Shown here in pieces: positions 19,069 through 30,542 of a DNA stretch of 64,000 nucleotides. The stretch's first letter is position 1. Each line of letters opens with the position of its first letter. A model generated the notes under the pieces. The model searched no databases and was not told the origin of the DNA. It saw nothing but the letters and a program-made list of their open reading frames with translations. This DNA comes from a virus (taxonomy: Duplodnaviria > Caudoviricetes). The stretch covers positions 10,239 through 74,238 of IMG/VR virus record IMGVR_UViG_3300028591_000183, one strand, 5' to 3'. The translations under genes and the position numbers were made by a program.

Positions 19069-19917
19069 ATGGGGCAACAAAAACAGGTCAAGAGGTACTA
19101 TTGGTTGAAACTTAAGGAAGAATTTTTTCAAGATAAAGAAGTTAAGAAATTAAGGAAGATAGCAGGTGGAGATACCTATACTGTTATCTATTTGAAGCTC
19201 ATGTTATTGAGTCTTAAAAGTGATGGAAGGTTGTATTTTGATGGTGTTGAAGAAACTTTCCATGAGGAACTTGCCCTTGAAATAGACGAAGATGCAGAGA
19301 ACGTAAGGATTACCCTTATGTATCTTGAAAAGATGGGCTTAGTTCAGATGAAAGATGATGACGAGATGTATCTCACACAGATGGACTCATTGATTCTATC
19401 TGAAAGTGAATCTGCACAGAGGGTTCGTAAACATAGAGCCAAGATGAAACAGATAGAACTTGGTAACGGACAACAGTTAGCTGAAATCGGGATGAATGAT
19501 GAACCCGAAAGCCCCATCGAAGCACCGCAACCTGTACTTGAAGAACCAAGTAACGATGATGTAACAAACAGTAACACATATACAGAGATAGATACAGAAG
19601 CAGAGAAAAAAGCAGAAGAAGAAAAGAAAAAGAAGAAGGAAACAAAACATATCTTTGGTGAGTATTCTCATGTACGTTTGACGGATACAGAGTATGAACG
19701 TCTTTGTAGTGACTATGGAGAGGATGCTGTAAAAGACGGAATAGACAACGTAGACAAGTATTGTCAAATGTCGGGCAGGACGTATAAGGATTACAACCTT
19801 GTACTTCGCAGTTGGGGTATTAAATCACCCAAATTAAAGAAACCCATGAATGCATTACCGCCGAAGGAAGATGATGATACGCCAAGTGATGAATGGACTA
19901 GACATTTTGAGGATTAA
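19069..19917 (+). CDS. Phage replisome organiser / replication initiator
   Basis: KRYYWLKLKEEFF..KEVKKLRKIAGGDTYTVIYLKL N-terminal domain; helical C-terminal domain ending YKDYNLVLRSW. Confidence 0.9.
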   Translation: MGQQKQVKRYYWLKLKEEFFQDKEVKKLRKIAGGDTYTVIYLKLMLLSLKSDGRLYFDGVEETFHEELALEIDEDAENVRITLMYLEKMGLVQMKDDDEMYLTQMDSLILSESESAQRVRKHRAKMKQIELGNGQQLAEIGMNDEPESPIEAPQPVLEEPSNDDVTNSNTYTEIDTEAEKKAEEEKKKKKETKHIFGEYSHVRLTDTEYERLCSDYGEDAVKDGIDNVDKYCQMSGRTYKDYNLVLRSWGIKSPKLKKPMNALPPKEDDDTPSDEWTRHFED

Positions 19918-19919
19918 GG

Positions 19920-21773
19920 ATGGGAATGTATGAATTTAAACCCGAAGATGCATACGATTTTGCCCGTCACATGGGAATAAAGACGTATGAGAGGAACGGG
20001 AAATTACACTTTCAGAAATGCCCTATGTGTAACAGGGCTACCAATGATAAAAAGACATTCGCTATAAGCCTTAAGACGGGACAATTTAAGTGTCTTAGGG
20101 AAACATGCGGATACCAAGGAAACATGCTTACATTGGCGAAAGATTTTGATTTTTCGCTTGGAAATATAACTGATGAATACTATAGACCAAAGAGAAAGTT
20201 TAGAACTTTTAAGACACCCGAAAAAGCGATAGAGCCTAAAGAACCTGCGATTGCTTACTTAGAATCGAGGGGAATTAGTGCGGAGATTGCAAGGAAGTAT
20301 GAGATAACCACACAGACAGGAAAAGATAATATCTTGGTTTTTCCGTTTTTTAACGGGAATGAAAAGCTAGAGTTTATCAAGTATCGTAAGACGGATTTTG
20401 ATAAGTCTAAAGATGCTAATAAAGAGTGGTGCGAAGCAGATAGTAAGCCCATCTTATTCGGGATGAAACAATGCAACCTTGAAAATAAAACACTCATAAT
20501 ATGCGAAGGGCAAATTGATTCACTTTCTGTAGCACAGGCAGGAATTGAAAACGCCGTATCCGTTCCGAATGGTGCGAAGGGCTTTACTTGGATTTCCTAC
20601 TGTTGGGATTGGGTTAATCAGTTTGATACGCTTATTGTTTTTGGTGATTACGAAAAGGGTCGCATAACTCTCTTAGATGAACTGAAACAACGTTTTTCAA
20701 GACTAAGGATTAAGCATGTAAGAGAAGAAGATTATAAAGATTGCAAGGACGCTAATGCGATACTTCAAAAGTATGGCGAAGCTCATGTAAGAACTTGTGT
20801 GGAGAACGCTGTAGACGTTCCTGTAGAGCAGGTCATAGAACTAGCAGATGTGCAGGACGTAAATATCTACGATATCGAAAAGATGAAATCGGGTATCAAT
20901 GATTTGGACGCTATGTTATATGGCGGTCTGTTTTTCGGTGGAGTAACGATAATTAGTGGACGTAGCGGAAAAGGTAAGAGTAGCCTTGCAAGTCAAATTC
21001 TTGCGAATGCTTTGGAGCAGAAATATAAGTGCTTTGCCTATTCGGGAGAGCTTGCGAACCATCTTTTCAAGGCATGGCTTGATTATCAGCTTGCAGGAAA
21101 GAACCATATTCAGACATACACAACAAGGTACGGCTCAGAAGGATACAAGATATCCGATGCTAATAAGAGCTTAATTAAGGAGTGGTACAGGGATTACATC
21201 TACATCTATGATTCATCTGCTGTAGAAGATGAAACCAAAGGACTTGTAGAACTTGTCGAAGAAGTAATATCCCGATACGGAGTAAGAGTTATCTTGATTG
21301 ATAATCTTATGACCGCACTTGATTTGGATATCAGCAAGGAGAACGACAAATACGAGCGACAGAGTAAGTTTGTAAAAGCTCTTGTAAGAATAGCCATGAA
21401 ATACAACGTGCTTATCCTGTTGGTGGCTCATAAGCGTAAGAATATGGCTTATGGAATTGAGGAAAGTGACGAGGTAAGTGGTTCTTCCGATATCACTAAT
21501 TTAGCTTCAATAACACTTAGCTACGATATGGGTAGCAAGAAGGAGATTGAGCAGGGAGAGATTCTTCCCGAGCAGAGGAAACTTAAACTTCTGAAAAACA
21601 GGGTATTTGGTGTTACTAATCCCGAAGGATGGGTACTTGATTTTGAACCTAAATCCAAAAGGATATACGGAGAGCATGATGACCCTAACAGAGAGTACGG
21701 ATGGACAAAAGAACTTGATGATGGATTCGATACAGCCGAAGGAATGGATATTCCGTGGGAGATGAATGAATGA
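19920..21773 (+). CDS. Fused primase-helicase (T7 gp4/Twinkle-like)
   Basis: CPMC zinc region, Toprim ICEGQIDSLS, GDYEKG, Walker A SGRSGKGKS, ILIDNL, LVAH. Confidence 0.9.
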   Translation: MGMYEFKPEDAYDFARHMGIKTYERNGKLHFQKCPMCNRATNDKKTFAISLKTGQFKCLRETCGYQGNMLTLAKDFDFSLGNITDEYYRPKRKFRTFKTPEKAIEPKEPAIAYLESRGISAEIARKYEITTQTGKDNILVFPFFNGNEKLEFIKYRKTDFDKSKDANKEWCEADSKPILFGMKQCNLENKTLIICEGQIDSLSVAQAGIENAVSVPNGAKGFTWISYCWDWVNQFDTLIVFGDYEKGRITLLDELKQRFSRLRIKHVREEDYKDCKDANAILQKYGEAHVRTCVENAVDVPVEQVIELADVQDVNIYDIEKMKSGINDLDAMLYGGLFFGGVTIISGRSGKGKSSLASQILANALEQKYKCFAYSGELANHLFKAWLDYQLAGKNHIQTYTTRYGSEGYKISDANKSLIKEWYRDYIYIYDSSAVEDETKGLVELVEEVISRYGVRVILIDNLMTALDLDISKENDKYERQSKFVKALVRIAMKYNVLILLVAHKRKNMAYGIEESDEVSGSSDITNLASITLSYDMGSKKEIEQGEILPEQRKLKLLKNRVFGVTNPEGWVLDFEPKSKRIYGEHDDPNREYGWTKELDDGFDTAEGMDIPWEMNE

Positions 21774-24456
21774 ATAAAGAACAGCTAGGTAAATTCAAAG
21801 AAAAACTATATGAACCTTACTTAGAAGCGTGGGGTATTGTGGCTACATTAAGAGAAGCAGATTTGTCGCAGGATGATGTTTGGAATAAGTATTTTGAATC
21901 CTGTAATGCTTTCTACGACAAGTATAAAAATTCTTTCCATCCCGCTATGCGAGAGTTTTGTTCATCTCTTTACAGAGTGATGTTAGATGCAGGAGATTGT
22001 GCAAAGAAGGTGTGGGATGGCGAAATGTAGCAAGGATTGTTTAAATTGTCCGCTTAAACGCTGTAAGTACGACTTAAAAGATGAAAAGGAGCTTTTCAGA
22101 GATACTTCACCTAATCCTGTAAAGGAAAAGAAGGGAAAAAGCCGTGAGATAGTCGTAAATCATAAGCGTGGCAGACCTAAAAAAGAGCGTGAGATATCTT
22201 ATTGGGATGAATGGTACGCAAAGAATAAAGAAAGATGCAAGGCAAGAAGTAAAGCCCGATATCAGCTTAAAAAAGATGAAATAAAAGAAAAGAGTCGGGA
22301 ATGGCGCAGAAACCATAAGGATTATTACAAAAATTGGTACAGGAAAAGAAAGGAGAAGGAACATGACAACAACAGAGAGAGTGAGAGCCTTATTGGGTAA
22401 TCTTAAGAATTGGTCTTGGGACATAGAACCTCAATTTAGGATAGAAAAAGAAGATGCAGACGCATTAAGGGAGTATTTGGCAGATGATAAAGAAGTTACT
22501 TCAAACGCTACGTGCAGAGCTGACAACTAAGAAAATCAATAGGTGCAGGAAGAACTGCTGTGATTGCAAACACTTAGAGATGATACCCTTTGATGACTTT
22601 CGTTGCATGAATCCTAAGAGTGAACTGTTTCATTGTAACGTAGACCCATTAGAGGATATTTGTAAAGATTTTGTAGAAAAGGAGTAAGGGGAGATTATGA
22701 AAGCATTTATCAAAGACAGAACAGTAAAAACAAAGACAACAAAATCAAGTGAGGTGCTTAAGCACTTAAAGGTGAAGGGACATATCACTTCACTTGAAGC
22801 CTTTCAGCTTTATGGAGCGACTAGATTATCCGCTATCATATTTGAGCTTAGAAAAAAGGGCTACAACATCAAGACTACTGATGGTACTTGTATTGACAGG
22901 TACGGGCATAAGTGCAATTTTGCAAAGTATGTGCTAATTGAGGATTAAGTATGGAATTTTGCGCATGGTGCGGACGAGAGCTAAATGGATGGTATTTAAA
23001 ATATCATGAAAAGAAATTCTGTAGGTATGGCAATGATATTTGTCTTAAGAATTATCTGTTTGACGAAGCAGATGATGAAATCGAAATGGATAAGTATACG
23101 GACGATGACTACAGGATGGACTATGTAACATGGATGGAAGATAGGGGTCTTGATTGACCCTTATCTGAAACAGGAGATTGGAATGGATACGCAGAATTGG
23201 ATTTTCACCTTTGGATACGGTCAAAAACATGCAGGATATTATGTCAAAATTCACGGAACATATAGTGAAGCTAGGCAGGAAATGATAAGCAGATACGGCA
23301 CACAATTTGCATTTCAGTATTCAGAAGAAGAATGGGACAAATGGGTGAAACAGGCAGAGGAACAGGCTATTGCAATATATGGAGATAAGAGATTTGCCAT
23401 GATTGAGAAGGAGCTTAAATGACAGGTAAAGAAGCGTGGAATCTTATTCAAGATAAAATAGACCCTATGGAACACCCCGAATTTAATAATGCTGAAATGG
23501 CAGAAGCCTTTTGTCTTTGCTACATAGCATTTAAGGAATACGACAAAAATCACGAGCCTAAGAAAAAGTGTAGGGATTGTAAGTGGTTGACGGGACGATA
23601 TTCAATCGTTGGTATTGAATGTTTGAATCCTCAAAAACATTTCAGAAATAAGTCTACTGCTTGTTTTAAGTATCCTCATACACCTGCTTGTAAATTATAT
23701 GAAGAAAGAGGGAATTGATATGGATGCTTATTTCAAACTGAAATTTTTCGAGGAAATCATTGGATTTGTTTTTGTTTTTGCTGTAATCATATTTATGATT
23801 TGGCAATGGCGCAGATAGGAGTTGAGAATGGAAAAAGTTATCATACAAGTATTTGCTGTAATTGCGATTTTTTTAATTGGTTATCGAATGGGCTTTATCG
23901 CCTGTTTTAAATACCTTGAAAAAGAATTAAAGGAGCATAAAAATGAGCAGAGTCACGGCAACAGCATGGGGACTAATCAAAAAGTGGGATAAACAACAGA
24001 CAGGAAGGAAGATAAAGAATGGGGAATTACCAAAGCCTAAACGTATTAAATCAAAGGTCATTTTTAGATGATTTAAGAGATATAGATGCGGTGAGTGAAG
24101 TAACTGCCATGATAAGTGCATCGGGCAACAGAAGCACCCGTAGAAGGGTTGAAAAAGCCCTAAATAAGACACAGAATATCACCCGTCATGCTGATAAAAA
24201 GGCAACAGAGAGAGCCAATAAAAAACTTGCTGATAAGGCAGAAGAAGATATGGTTTGGCTATATTCTATGGCAGGGCTAACACTTTTTAAAAAATATCAT
24301 TGGAGCAATGATGGTGAACACGGACAGATAGAAGCGTTTTTTGACAAGATGACTTCGTTAATGAATCAGTACAATGATATGGGTTATACAGTTAATGATT
24401 GTGCTAAAGAACTTGAAGAACTTACGGGAATACAACTTGTAACGGAGAAACACTAA
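21770..24456 (+). CDS. Cluster of small hypothetical proteins, including an HTH protein at 22697-22948
   Basis: ORF track; HITSLEAFQLYGATRLSAIIFELRKKG is an HTH_39-type motif. Confidence 0.65.
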
Positions 24457-24618
24457 CATGGAAATAAAACTAGGGATGAAATTTTCTTGTTTCGCCTGTA
24501 ATAGAACAATAGAAGTTACAGAGAAGAGTCTTTTAAGATGTTGGGACGGGATGTATCTCACCTGTCCTTATTGTAGAAGAAGCATTAGTATAGAAAGCTA
24601 TAAAAGTAGGGGAAAGAT

Positions 24619-25413
24619 ATGCGAATAAAACTTCATAGTCCTTATCATCATTTTCCACATCATGAACCTGTTGAGGGAAAAGATTATATTGATTGCTATA
24701 ACGACAGCTTTGTAATGAGTGAGAAACCCGAAAATTGGGAGAAAAGCATAGCACTTCTCATAGAACCTAGACCACTTCAACCTAAAGTCTATGAGTTTGT
24801 TGAGCATAATTACGGCAGGTTTAAATATGTTTTTACCCATGACTCTATTCTTCTGAATAAACTGCCTAATGCAAAGATGATTATTTGGGGTGGTGTATAT
24901 GATTGGAGTGACGAGCCAAAGGATTTCACACGCCCGATTTCTATGGTGGCTAGTTGGAAGGAACAAGCCCCTGTAAGGATTCAGAGAAAACAACTTGCAT
25001 TTGAGCTTAAAGGGAAGATAGATACTTACGGAACATTTGATGGTGGCGAAATGGCTACTACTAAACAGATATATGGGAAGTATCCTTTTTCTGTTGTTAT
25101 AGAAAATCACATTGATGATTGGTGGGTAACAGAAAAGATATGTAACTGTTTTGCCTGTAGGACAGTACCGATTTATTATGGTGCTAGAAAAATCGGAAAA
25201 CTCTTTAATTCAGATGGAATAATAATCTGTAATAGTATTGATGAAGTAAGAAATGCTGTAGATTATGTTTTACTTCATGCAAGGCAGGAATACTACTTAA
25301 GAAAAAAGGCAATAGAATGTAACTTTATTGCTGTTGAAGATTATTCTTCATTTGAGAATTGGTTTTATGTACATTATGGGGAATTACTTGACAAAATGGG
25401 GGAGAGTAAATGA
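24619..25413 (+). CDS. Glycosyltransferase family 10-like (fucosyltransferase-type)
   Basis: YPFSVVIEN...WVTEKICNCF...VPIYYG. Confidence 0.8.
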   Translation: MRIKLHSPYHHFPHHEPVEGKDYIDCYNDSFVMSEKPENWEKSIALLIEPRPLQPKVYEFVEHNYGRFKYVFTHDSILLNKLPNAKMIIWGGVYDWSDEPKDFTRPISMVASWKEQAPVRIQRKQLAFELKGKIDTYGTFDGGEMATTKQIYGKYPFSVVIENHIDDWWVTEKICNCFACRTVPIYYGARKIGKLFNSDGIIICNSIDEVRNAVDYVLLHARQEYYLRKKAIECNFIAVEDYSSFENWFYVHYGELLDKMGESK

Positions 25414-27329
25414 AGCTGAGTATTATTATTCCGTATTACAATTTAAAGCCATATACAGATGAATTATTGGATTGTCTTGAACCTCAAATCACGGATGATG
25501 TTGAGGTTCTTGTCGTAGATGATGGGTCAAAGATTCCTTATAAGACAAAGTATAAATGGGTTGAAATAATCCGCAAAGAGAATGGCGGTGTATCTTCCGC
25601 TAGAAACTTGGGAATTGAGAAAGCCCGTGGAGAATATATTTCTTTTATTGATGCCGATGATTTGGTGGCGGTTGATTATGTGAAACAGATACTTGACAAG
25701 ATAGACACCGAACATTTTGATTATCTTGAAATGTCATGGAAGTCACTTGCAGGTGGCGCACAATGGAGTCAAAAACTGAACAGTATCAAGGATAGTCTAC
25801 CCAATCCTAGTGTTTGTACAAGAGTATTCAAGAAATCTTTTATAGGTGATGTTAGATTTAATGAAAAAAAGTTTTCCACGGAAGATGATGAATTTAAGAG
25901 GAAACTTTATTACTACATTGGTGAGAATACTAAAAAGGCTGTAATAACAGACTATCTATATTTCTACAGGACAGCCGTTGAAGATTCAAAATCGAAAAGA
26001 TTCTTAAAGGGAGAACTCCCAACTAAGAGGATTATTTATTACTTCAATCATATTACGGCTGATATGAAGTACCTTATTGACGAGGTTGCTAAAGAAGATG
26101 AATTAAATGAGGTATGGGTATTAACCAATCAGAATGATATCCCCGAACTTGAATACTATGCTCATGTAAAGAAGCCTTTTAGGGTTGCAGGAATGGAACT
26201 GCGTGGAGAGCCTTATAATAACTTTACTCTTATACCGCAAGCCCTGTTTACGCAGGTAGCCATTTGGACGAACAAGACTCTTGAAATTGGCGGTATAGAG
26301 TCATTCATTTATAATTTTTGTGTGAGCCTAAAGAACGACTACGATATTACTGTTCTATACGGCGATATGTCTGATAAGCAGAGGTACAGGCTTGAAGAAC
26401 ATGTTGAGGTTGTTAAGAATAACCCGAAACGTACTGTAATCTGTGACACTCTTATAGTTAATAGGCTAAAAGATACTATTCCGAGTAATATAAAGGCAAA
26501 AAGAGTAATTCAGATGTGCCATACTTGTGTTAGAGATGATATGCATATCCCGCAGGACAGAGATGAAATTGTATGCGTATCGGATGCGTCTAAGGAGAGT
26601 TTTGCGGAAGAAGCAAAGGATAGCATTGTACTTCATAATCTTTTTGTTAAACCCAAAATAACAAAGCCACTTCTTTTAGTATCTGCCACAAGACTTGATA
26701 CAAAAGACAAAGGGCAAAAGAGGATGCTTAAACTTGCAAGGGAAATGAACAACAGGGGGATACCCTTTGTATGGCTTTACTTCTCCAATGTGAAACTTGA
26801 TAATACACCGCCCAATATGGTATGTATGCCACCTACCCTTGACGTAGTTAATTACATTTCTATGGCTGATTATTTAGTACAATTATCTTCAAGTGAATCC
26901 TTCTGTTATTCAATAATAGAGAGTCTTACCTGTGGCGTTCCTGTACTGTGTACAGACCTTCCTGTTTTATCTGAATTAAACATCAAGGATGGAGAAAATG
27001 CTTATGTCTTCCCGTTGGAAATGGATGAACCTTATGACATTGACAGGATATTCAAAAATCAATTAAAAGGCACTTTTAAGTACGATTATGATAACAAGAA
27101 GATAATAAAGCAATGGAAGAAAATACTTGGAAATACGAAGCCTACAGGACGATATAACCCATCTGCAACTCCGAGGGTTATGGTTAAGGTTAATGTGAAA
27201 TATAATGACCTTGTTTTGAACAGGATTCTATATCCGAATGATATTCTAATGATGAAAACAGAAAGGGCATATTATCTTCAAAACACTAAGAAGTTTGTTA
27301 CTGTTGTCGATGATGGTAAACTAATGTAA
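25410..27329 (+). CDS. Two-domain glycosyltransferase (GT2 + GT4-like)
   Basis: SIIIPYYN, VVDDGS, NGGVSSARNLG, FIDADD; then GGIESF and SSSESFCYSIIESLTCGVPVL. Confidence 0.85.
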   Translation: MKLSIIIPYYNLKPYTDELLDCLEPQITDDVEVLVVDDGSKIPYKTKYKWVEIIRKENGGVSSARNLGIEKARGEYISFIDADDLVAVDYVKQILDKIDTEHFDYLEMSWKSLAGGAQWSQKLNSIKDSLPNPSVCTRVFKKSFIGDVRFNEKKFSTEDDEFKRKLYYYIGENTKKAVITDYLYFYRTAVEDSKSKRFLKGELPTKRIIYYFNHITADMKYLIDEVAKEDELNEVWVLTNQNDIPELEYYAHVKKPFRVAGMELRGEPYNNFTLIPQALFTQVAIWTNKTLEIGGIESFIYNFCVSLKNDYDITVLYGDMSDKQRYRLEEHVEVVKNNPKRTVICDTLIVNRLKDTIPSNIKAKRVIQMCHTCVRDDMHIPQDRDEIVCVSDASKESFAEEAKDSIVLHNLFVKPKITKPLLLVSATRLDTKDKGQKRMLKLAREMNNRGIPFVWLYFSNVKLDNTPPNMVCMPPTLDVVNYISMADYLVQLSSSESFCYSIIESLTCGVPVLCTDLPVLSELNIKDGENAYVFPLEMDEPYDIDRIFKNQLKGTFKYDYDNKKIIKQWKKILGNTKPTGRYNPSATPRVMVKVNVKYNDLVLNRILYPNDILMMKTERAYYLQNTKKFVTVVDDGKLM

Positions 27330-27338
27330 AATATCTGT

Positions 27339-27378
27339 AGAGCCGTTGAGCCGATTACATTTTGTAGTCGGCTTTTTT
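27339..27378 (+). promoter_or_regulatory. GAGCC-GAGCC hairpin element (copy 2), upstream of holin
   Basis: AGAGCC-gtt-GAGCCGATTACA-ttt-TGTAGTCGGCT-TTTTT. Confidence 0.65.
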
Positions 27379-27401
27379 GTTTATGAAAGAGAGGTAATCT
27401 T

Positions 27402-27725
27402 ATGCAATGGATTAGCGATAATTGGAGCTTATTAGTTGTCATAGCTGTTATTTGCGTTTACTTTATTTTCGCAGGTAAAAAGTCAGTAATGAAATGGCTT
27501 CTTTACGCTGTTTCTATGGCAGAATCCGACCTTGGTGGTGGTGTTGGTAAACTGAAATTAGTGCAGGTTTATAATGACTTCATTGCCCGTTATCCAATTT
27601 TATCTAAGATTTTACCGTTTTCCGTATTCAGCCTATGGGTTGATGAAGTTCTCGTTGAAATGAGGAAACTCATAGAAGAAAATGTGAAATTTAAAGAGAT
27701 TATTGAAGGTGGTTCAGAGCTATGA
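27402..27725 (+). CDS. Holin (LL-H-like)
   Basis: N-terminal TM; KWLLYAVSMAE..LGGGVGKLKL..VY; precedes lysin. Confidence 0.7.
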   Translation: MQWISDNWSLLVVIAVICVYFIFAGKKSVMKWLLYAVSMAESDLGGGVGKLKLVQVYNDFIARYPILSKILPFSVFSLWVDEVLVEMRKLIEENVKFKEIIEGGSEL

Positions 27726-27765
27726 GTTATATTCCCGATTACAAAGATGAAAGGGGGAATAACCT

Positions 27766-29031
27766 ATGGCTGTTTTAATCGCACACGCTAGTTCAGATGA
27801 AAATAAAAGTGCAAAAGGCGGTCAAGCGGGCGACCAAACAGGGAGAGAGGTCTGCATACGTGAATGGTACAATAAGCCGTGGAACGTGATGATAAGATTT
27901 AAAGACCCTGTAATGGCAAATAAAGTTGCCGATTGCATGGAGATGGCTTGTGACAATAATTTTCTTGGTTACGACCAAAATCAACGCAATTCCCTGTTGG
28001 TTAAAGCAAGAAAGTACAACTACAATGTTTCAAAAGTTACTGAACCATGCGAAACAGATTGTAGCGCACTTGTTTCCGTAGCCTGTATGTATGCAGGAAT
28101 CCCCGAGAGTACACTTACACTTCATGGTAATTGCGCCACAACAAGAACCTTAAGACAGATACTTAAATCCACGGGCGAAGTGGAGATTTATACTACACCC
28201 TCGTATACTTCTAAATCAGATAAATTAAAGAGGGGCGACATTCTTCTAAAAGAGGGCGCACACGTTGTCGTGGTTGTTAAAACAGAAGGAAACCCATACA
28301 GGTTATCTTCATCACTCCTTAAGGAAGGAAGTATGGGTGAATCTGTAAAGTGGTTACAGTATGAGCTTAACGCTAACGGAGCTAAATTAAACGTTGACGG
28401 GGCGTTTGGAAAGCAGACAAAACTTGCCGTACTTCTTTATCAAAAAGACCACGGACTTGTATGTGATGGGGTTGTTGGTGTTAAGACATTAGAAGCTCTG
28501 AAAAACAAGAAACCTGTGAAAAAATCTTCCGACAATGAGAAGGTTATTTGGGATTATTTAATCAAGAAAATACCAAACCCTTATGCCGTTGCAGGACTCA
28601 TGGGTAATTTAAGAGCGGAGAGTGGACTTAATCCTAAGAATCTTCAAAACACTACTGAAAAGAAATTAGGAATGAATGACGAACAGTACACATCTGCTGT
28701 AGACAATCAGACCTATAAACATTTTACTTCCGATAATTGCGGATATGGTATTGCTCAATGGACTTCATCGGGAAGAAAAAAAGCCCTGTATGAGTTCCGT
28801 GGTAATCGCTCTATAGGAAGTTTGGAAATGCAATTAGACTTCCTGTGGCATGAGCTTAATACATCCTATAAGAAAGTGCTTAACGGAATTTTATCTTCAA
28901 ATTCCGTAAGAGAAGCATCGGATATTGTTCTAACTAAATTTGAAAGACCAAAAATTCAATCCGAAGCTGTAAAAATAAAACGTGCCAATTTAAGCATGGA
29001 ATACTTTAACAAATATGGAGGGAAACTTTAA
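27766..29031 (+). CDS. Endolysin: NlpC/P60-like peptidase + PG-binding domain + phage tail-lysozyme domain
   Basis: DCSALV...H; LKEGSMGESVKWLQ..DG.FG; AGLMGNLRAESGLNP...GYGIAQWT. Confidence 0.85.
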   Translation: MAVLIAHASSDENKSAKGGQAGDQTGREVCIREWYNKPWNVMIRFKDPVMANKVADCMEMACDNNFLGYDQNQRNSLLVKARKYNYNVSKVTEPCETDCSALVSVACMYAGIPESTLTLHGNCATTRTLRQILKSTGEVEIYTTPSYTSKSDKLKRGDILLKEGAHVVVVVKTEGNPYRLSSSLLKEGSMGESVKWLQYELNANGAKLNVDGAFGKQTKLAVLLYQKDHGLVCDGVVGVKTLEALKNKKPVKKSSDNEKVIWDYLIKKIPNPYAVAGLMGNLRAESGLNPKNLQNTTEKKLGMNDEQYTSAVDNQTYKHFTSDNCGYGIAQWTSSGRKKALYEFRGNRSIGSLEMQLDFLWHELNTSYKKVLNGILSSNSVREASDIVLTKFERPKIQSEAVKIKRANLSMEYFNKYGGKL

Positions 29032-29363
29032 TGGGAAGAAGAAAGAAAACTGAGATTGTTGAGAATCCAACACCTATGAAAGAGGAAGATATGAATACAC
29101 CTGTTGTTTCAGATGAAACAGAGGTTGCAGAGCCTATGCAGGTAGATGAACCTATACAGGAAGAAACTCCTGTGGAAGAAAAACCTGCGCCCGTAGCAAA
29201 AAGGCTGAAATCAAATTCCACTCTCATAAATGTTCGTGAGTCACCGAATGGAGAAGTGCTTTTCCGTCTGAATAGGGGACAGAAAGTTATGGTTGAAGAA
29301 GAGAAGGACGGATGGACAAAGATTTGTGCATACGTCATGACCGAACTTGTCGGAGAGCTTTAA
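29031..29363 (+). CDS. Small SH3b-like domain protein with acidic linker
   Basis: INVRESPNGEVLFRLNRGQKVMVEEEKDGWTKI. Confidence 0.6.
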   Translation: MGRRKKTEIVENPTPMKEEDMNTPVVSDETEVAEPMQVDEPIQEETPVEEKPAPVAKRLKSNSTLINVRESPNGEVLFRLNRGQKVMVEEEKDGWTKICAYVMTELVGEL

Positions 29364-29368
29364 TGTGT

Positions 29369-29396
29369 AAGAGCCTAGATTATTCTAGGCTCTTTT
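29369..29396. terminator. Bidirectional terminator between convergent operons
   Basis: AAGAGCCTAGA-ttat-TCTAGGCTCTT. Confidence 0.8.
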
Positions 29397-30102
29397 AATT
29401 TTTATCAGATTTTAAAATATAATCTTTACTCGTTGCTTTAGTTTCGCCTGTCCTGTTAGTTCCCGTGGAATAAGGTCTGACCCAACCAACCTTACCACTT
29501 TTATAATGTCTGAATTTTCCACGAACATCCCAACCACTTTTATGCCTGTTATATTTCCGTTTTAGAGCGTTTTCTTTCTTCTGATATATTTTTATGGCAT
29601 CCAAAAGAGAATGCTCTTTTTGACGGGAATTTTTAGATTTCGAGGTACTTTTACCTTGTCTTGAACTTTCGGATTCTACATATTCGTAGGGGCGATTTTT
29701 AGATTCGATTATCATGTACTGAATGAATGACATAGGGGGTACAATGTCTATGAAATCATTATTGTCCTTGTATAATTCTTCAAAGGATTTCTCCCTTGCT
29801 GTAGTAACAAATTTTGTAAGGGTTTCAAGATAACTCACCACATTGATTTCATGAGTGTATGTTTTAACGGGAAGTCCGTAATTGTCTAACTGAGCTTTAA
29901 CAATCTTGATTTTCTGTTCATCACCCCTGCCGATTATCTCAACTTTGTATCGTTGAGTAAGCTCTGTGACATACAACATGAATGTATCCCATAAGAAGCC
30001 GTTAGTAAGTATATGCATCCAAGTGTCAAACAATTCCTGTTTGTCTTTTGGCAAGTGCATCATTGATTCAAGTTCCTTCATGGATATTCTGATTCGTTCC
30101 AT
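29395..30102 (-). CDS. Conserved hypothetical phage protein
   Basis: C-terminal WDVRGKFRHYKSGKVGWVRPY motif. Confidence 0.7.
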   Translation of the reverse strand: MERIRISMKELESMMHLPKDKQELFDTWMHILTNGFLWDTFMLYVTELTQRYKVEIIGRGDEQKIKIVKAQLDNYGLPVKTYTHEINVVSYLETLTKFVTTAREKSFEELYKDNNDFIDIVPPMSFIQYMIIESKNRPYEYVESESSRQGKSTSKSKNSRQKEHSLLDAIKIYQKKENALKRKYNRHKSGWDVRGKFRHYKSGKVGWVRPYSTGTNRTGETKATSKDYILKSDKN

Positions 30103-30164
30103 AATATTCTCCTAAATGAAAAGCCCCGTTCAAAAGAACGGGACTTAATTCTACCTAAATGTAT

Positions 30165-30542
30165 TTAATCAATTCTGCCGTAATTTCCTGCTTGTGTATA
30201 TCCTGTATTCGGGTTTGTAGGCAGACCAACGATGTGCAATTCATCAACGCTGTAAACATATCCGTGCGCTTCGCCTGTGTAGCTGTAGCTACTTGCAGAA
30301 CTCTGTGACTTCTTACCGCTAGTCTTTTCAGATTTCTTCCTCTTGGTGAATGCTCCGTTATTTGCATCGGAGTACAGCCCTTCTTCCTCTGCTTCATCGT
30401 CAAGGCACATATATTTCTTGTAGAATGCATCGGGGTCACGCTTGTAAAGGTCTGTTGCTGATTCTTCACTTGCGAAAGAAGTGATTGTTGTTAACTGAGC
30501 TACGATAAGAACTGCCATAAGTGCTGATATAATTTTCTTCAT
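30165..30542 (-). CDS. Secreted hypothetical protein
   Basis: MKKIISALMAVLIVAQLTTITSFA signal peptide. Confidence 0.65.
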   Translation of the reverse strand: MKKIISALMAVLIVAQLTTITSFASEESATDLYKRDPDAFYKKYMCLDDEAEEEGLYSDANNGAFTKRKKSEKTSGKKSQSSASSYSYTGEAHGYVYSVDELHIVGLPTNPNTGYTQAGNYGRID

